Source: an uncultured Acidobacteriota bacterium (GTDB lineage: Bacteria > Actinomycetota > Acidimicrobiia > Spongiisociales > ZC4RG35). Taken from it: 64,000 bases of DNA. Below, piece by piece: positions 61,514-64,000 of this stretch. Numbering within the stretch: position 1 is the first letter of the stretch; the number at the start of each line of letters is the position of its first letter. Made by a program: the position numbers and the translations under genes. The notes beneath the pieces were generated by a model. It made no database searches, was not told the DNA's origin, and saw nothing but the letters and a program-made list of their open reading frames with translations. The stretch covers positions 204,675 to 268,674 of the forward strand of contig CAVRWT010000005.1 in NCBI GenBank assembly GCA_963724825.1, written 5' to 3'.

Positions 61514-63060
61514 CGAACGCGGTCGCCACCCCCCACTATCTGTCAGCCGAGGCTGCCCGACGCGTTCTACTTGCTGGAGGCAACGCGGTGGATGCGGCGA
61601 TCGCCGCCACCGCCGCGCAGGGCGTGGTGGCTCCTGAGACCTGTGGCATCGGCGGAGATCTGTTCGCCCTGATCCATCGCCCGGGATGGGAACGCCCACT
61701 AGCTCTGAACGCCTCTGGCAAGGCCGGGTCCTACGCCGATCCGGAGGCGCTGCGTTCGCTCGGCGTGACCGAGATCCCGCGCGATCACCCTTTGACGGTG
61801 ACCATCCCCGGATGTGTCGACGGATGGGCGGCCCTGTCCACAGAGCTTGGAGTGTTGGGGTTGGGCGACTGCCTCCTGCCTGCGATCGAGCTCGCCGAAG
61901 GGGGCTTTGCGGTCTCCACCGAGCAGGCGAAGGCGTTTCGTCAAGCCGCAGCGATGTATTCAGCCCATCCGGCAGTTCACGAGTTCTATCCCGACGGTGA
62001 GGTGGTGTCGGCCGGCGACACCGTTCACCGAATCCCATTAGCGGCCACGCTGCGGGCTGTAGCGAAGGACGGCCGGGACGCCTTCTATCGAGGTGACCCC
62101 GCCTCCGAGATCGTCACCGAGCTCAGCGGGACGATCACCCTCGACGACCTCGCCCGTTCCCACGCCGATTGGGTGACGCCGATCTCATGCAATGTGGCCG
62201 GGATCACCGCCTGGACCATCCCACCGAATTCGCAGGGCTATCTCGGCCCGGCCACCCTCGCCGTCTTCGAGATGGTGGGCCCACCAGATGATCCGGGCGA
62301 TCCGGACTGGCTCCATCTCCTGATCGAGGCCTTCCGTGCCGTGGCCTGGGAGCGCGACGATGTCGTGGCCGACCCCGAGACCGCACCTCTGCCTGCTGAT
62401 CTGCTGCTGGACCGTGGTCGGCTGGGCCGGGCCGCGGCGACTGTCCATCGCGACCGGACCGGGATCTGGCCGCAGAGCATGGGCACCGAGTCGAGCACGG
62501 CATACCTTTGCGTGGTCGATGCCGAGGGGATGGCGGTATCGATCATCCATTCCAATTACTACGGGACTGGATCGGCCTTCGGAGCTCCAAGAGGCGGGTT
62601 CCTCCTCCACAATCGAGGAGGAGGATTCACTCTGACCCCGGGCCATCCCAACGAGCTGCTGCCGCACAAGAGACCGCTGCACACGCTGTCACCGACGCTC
62701 TGGACCGACGGCGACCAACCACGCTGGGTCATCGGGACCAGAGGTGGCTCAGTCCAGCCGCAGCTGGTCGCCCAGGTCGCCGCCCGGGTGGTGATCGCCG
62801 GCCAGGACCTCGACGAGGCCCAGGCGGCTCCCCGGTGGACCATCGCGGACCATGGCCCCTACTCGGCGCCGAGATCGGCAATCGAGCCCGGAGTGCCGTC
62901 GTCGACCCTGGCCGAGCTGCGACGGCGCGGCCACTCGATCGAGGAGCTCGCGAGCCGGCAGCCGGGTTGGGGCCCGGTTTCGATCATCGAGGTGAATGGC
63001 GGCGAGCGGCGAGCCGCCGCCGACCCCCGAGTGGACACCACAGCCGCGATCATCTTCTGA
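61510..63060 (+). CDS. Gamma-glutamyltransferase family protein
   Basis: GGNAVDAAIA, GIGGDLF, PPNSQG, Thr nucleophile STAYL, KRPLHTL, ADPR. No ATG/GTG start found; CTG overlaps the upstream TGA. Confidence 0.9.
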   Translation: MTNAVATPHYLSAEAARRVLLAGGNAVDAAIAATAAQGVVAPETCGIGGDLFALIHRPGWERPLALNASGKAGSYADPEALRSLGVTEIPRDHPLTVTIPGCVDGWAALSTELGVLGLGDCLLPAIELAEGGFAVSTEQAKAFRQAAAMYSAHPAVHEFYPDGEVVSAGDTVHRIPLAATLRAVAKDGRDAFYRGDPASEIVTELSGTITLDDLARSHADWVTPISCNVAGITAWTIPPNSQGYLGPATLAVFEMVGPPDDPGDPDWLHLLIEAFRAVAWERDDVVADPETAPLPADLLLDRGRLGRAAATVHRDRTGIWPQSMGTESSTAYLCVVDAEGMAVSIIHSNYYGTGSAFGAPRGGFLLHNRGGGFTLTPGHPNELLPHKRPLHTLSPTLWTDGDQPRWVIGTRGGSVQPQLVAQVAARVVIAGQDLDEAQAAPRWTIADHGPYSAPRSAIEPGVPSSTLAELRRRGHSIEELASRQPGWGPVSIIEVNGGERRAAADPRVDTTAAIIF

Positions 63061-63087
63061 CGGAGAGCTCGTGCGGGCGCGGAAGCC

Positions 63088-63203
63088 CTGGCGGACCGGC
63101 GCCTGTTCGCCCGTCCTTCGGACCCCGTGGGTCGACGGGCCGAAGTCGACCCCGACCTTTCCCGCACCTGCGGTCCGGGAGGCAGCCGGGCGAAGTCCGC
63201 CAG
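63088..63203. ncRNA. Long imperfect hairpin in a convergent intergenic region (candidate ncRNA)
   Basis: CTGGCGGAC/GTCCGCCAG, TTCGCCCG/CGGGCGAA, GGACC/GGTCC and GGGTCGAC/GTCGACCC nested stems. Confidence 0.35.
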
Positions 63204-63208
63204 CAATC

Positions 63209-63228
63209 AAAACCGCCGGGGATGGCGG
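63209..63228 (-). terminator. Possible intrinsic terminator of the LLM gene
   Basis: CCGCC/GGCGG stem followed by TTTT on the minus strand just after the stop. Confidence 0.4.
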
Positions 63229-63230
63229 CG

Positions 63231-64000
63231 CTACTTGCCCTGGATTTGCCTGATCACTTCGCTCAAGGCCTCCCGGTCGGTGTCCAGACCCGAGCCGATG
63301 GCGTAGAACCCGATCCGCTGCACCCGATCGCCGTAGCGCTCCCTGATCGCAGTCCCCAGCCGGTCGATCGGGGCGGCCACGCCTACCTCGAGCACCGCTT
63401 CATCGGGCACCACCGCCGCCATCTCCCCCCACTGGCCTCGCTTGGACATGGCGGTCAGTTGCTCGCCGAAGTCCCAGTCGTTCGACTCCAGCACCGGCTT
63501 GTAGGTGGGGGTCGATGCGTAGAAGGAGATCTGCTGTCGAACCGCGCCCATCGCCTCTTCGATTTGAGCGTCGGTGTCTCCCGTCATCACGAAGACCGTG
63601 GTCGCCAACTCGACATCGTCCAGAGAGCGCCCGGCCCGGGCCGCCCCTTCGGTGATCCCGGGAAGCACCACCCGGTCCAGGTAGCGGGTGGTGTGAAAAG
63701 GATGGACGTGGAACCCGTCGCACAGCTCGCCTGCCAGCCGGCTCAGATAGGGGCCAACGCCGGCGATGTAGATCGGGATGTCCGGATTGGGGATGGGCCC
63801 CGGATCGAAGAACGGTGTCATCAAAGACAGGTTGTAGAACTCGCCTTCGTACTTGAGCGGGGTCGAGTTCTGCCACGCCTCCCAGATGGCTCGACATGCC
63901 TGGATGTAATCCCGCAGCCGCGGGCCTGGCTGGTCCCAAGTCGATGCGAAGCGGCGAACGATATGGGCACGGACCTGCGTCCCCAGCCCCAAAAGGAACT
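63231..64000 (-). CDS. LLM-class (probably F420-dependent) oxidoreductase, 5' end outside the window
   Basis: LGLGTQVRAHIVRRF, LMTPFF, DGFHVHP, FYASTP.Y. Confidence 0.88.
   Translation of the reverse strand, partial: FLLGLGTQVRAHIVRRFASTWDQPGPRLRDYIQACRAIWEAWQNSTPLKYEGEFYNLSLMTPFFDPGPIPNPDIPIYIAGVGPYLSRLAGELCDGFHVHPFHTTRYLDRVVLPGITEGAARAGRSLDDVELATTVFVMTGDTDAQIEEAMGAVRQQISFYASTPTYKPVLESNDWDFGEQLTAMSKRGQWGEMAAVVPDEAVLEVGVAAPIDRLGTAIRERYGDRVQRIGFYAIGSGLDTDREALSEVIRQIQGK

Noticed and set aside
63088-63203. SRP RNA
   Set aside because: GGTCCGGGAGGCAGCC loosely resembles SRP domain IV but lies on the 3' arm rather than at the apex and lacks the full motif.

Overview
GC-rich bacterial chromosome segment, most consistent with an actinobacterium (Acidimicrobiia-like). 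This is inferred from the galU-moeA/glp-moaC-glpR-tRNA-Ala synteny, a class E sortase, an F420-type LLM gene and many leaderless-type promoters. Left to right: rsmI (partial), a HExxH lipoprotein, a class III cyclase next to an NHL/FGLLP membrane protein, an arabinose locus (ytfQRT-yjfF-type ABC transporter, araBDA, LacI with two matching operators), and a ~3.9 kb integrase-less islet bounded by a duplicated tRNA-Ala 3' end (SulP, cyclase-TPR). Next come tRNA-Ala(CGC), a translin/C3PO-like gene, housekeeping genes (moaC, moeA, galU, plsY, uppP, dapB), an ECF sigma/anti-sigma pair, a large polyamine uptake/catabolism cluster, mrp/regulator/acnA and a sortase. Near the right end is a candidate peptide-signalling cassette: a 29-aa signal-like peptide with a structured upstream region, two membrane HD-GYP proteins (one near-canonical, one degenerate), a DUF5317-like membrane protein and a divergent hypothetical protein. 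Many genes carry 1-bp frameshifts, probably long-read consensus errors, so coordinates of those genes were reconstructed by eye. All product calls come from motif recognition, not database searches.
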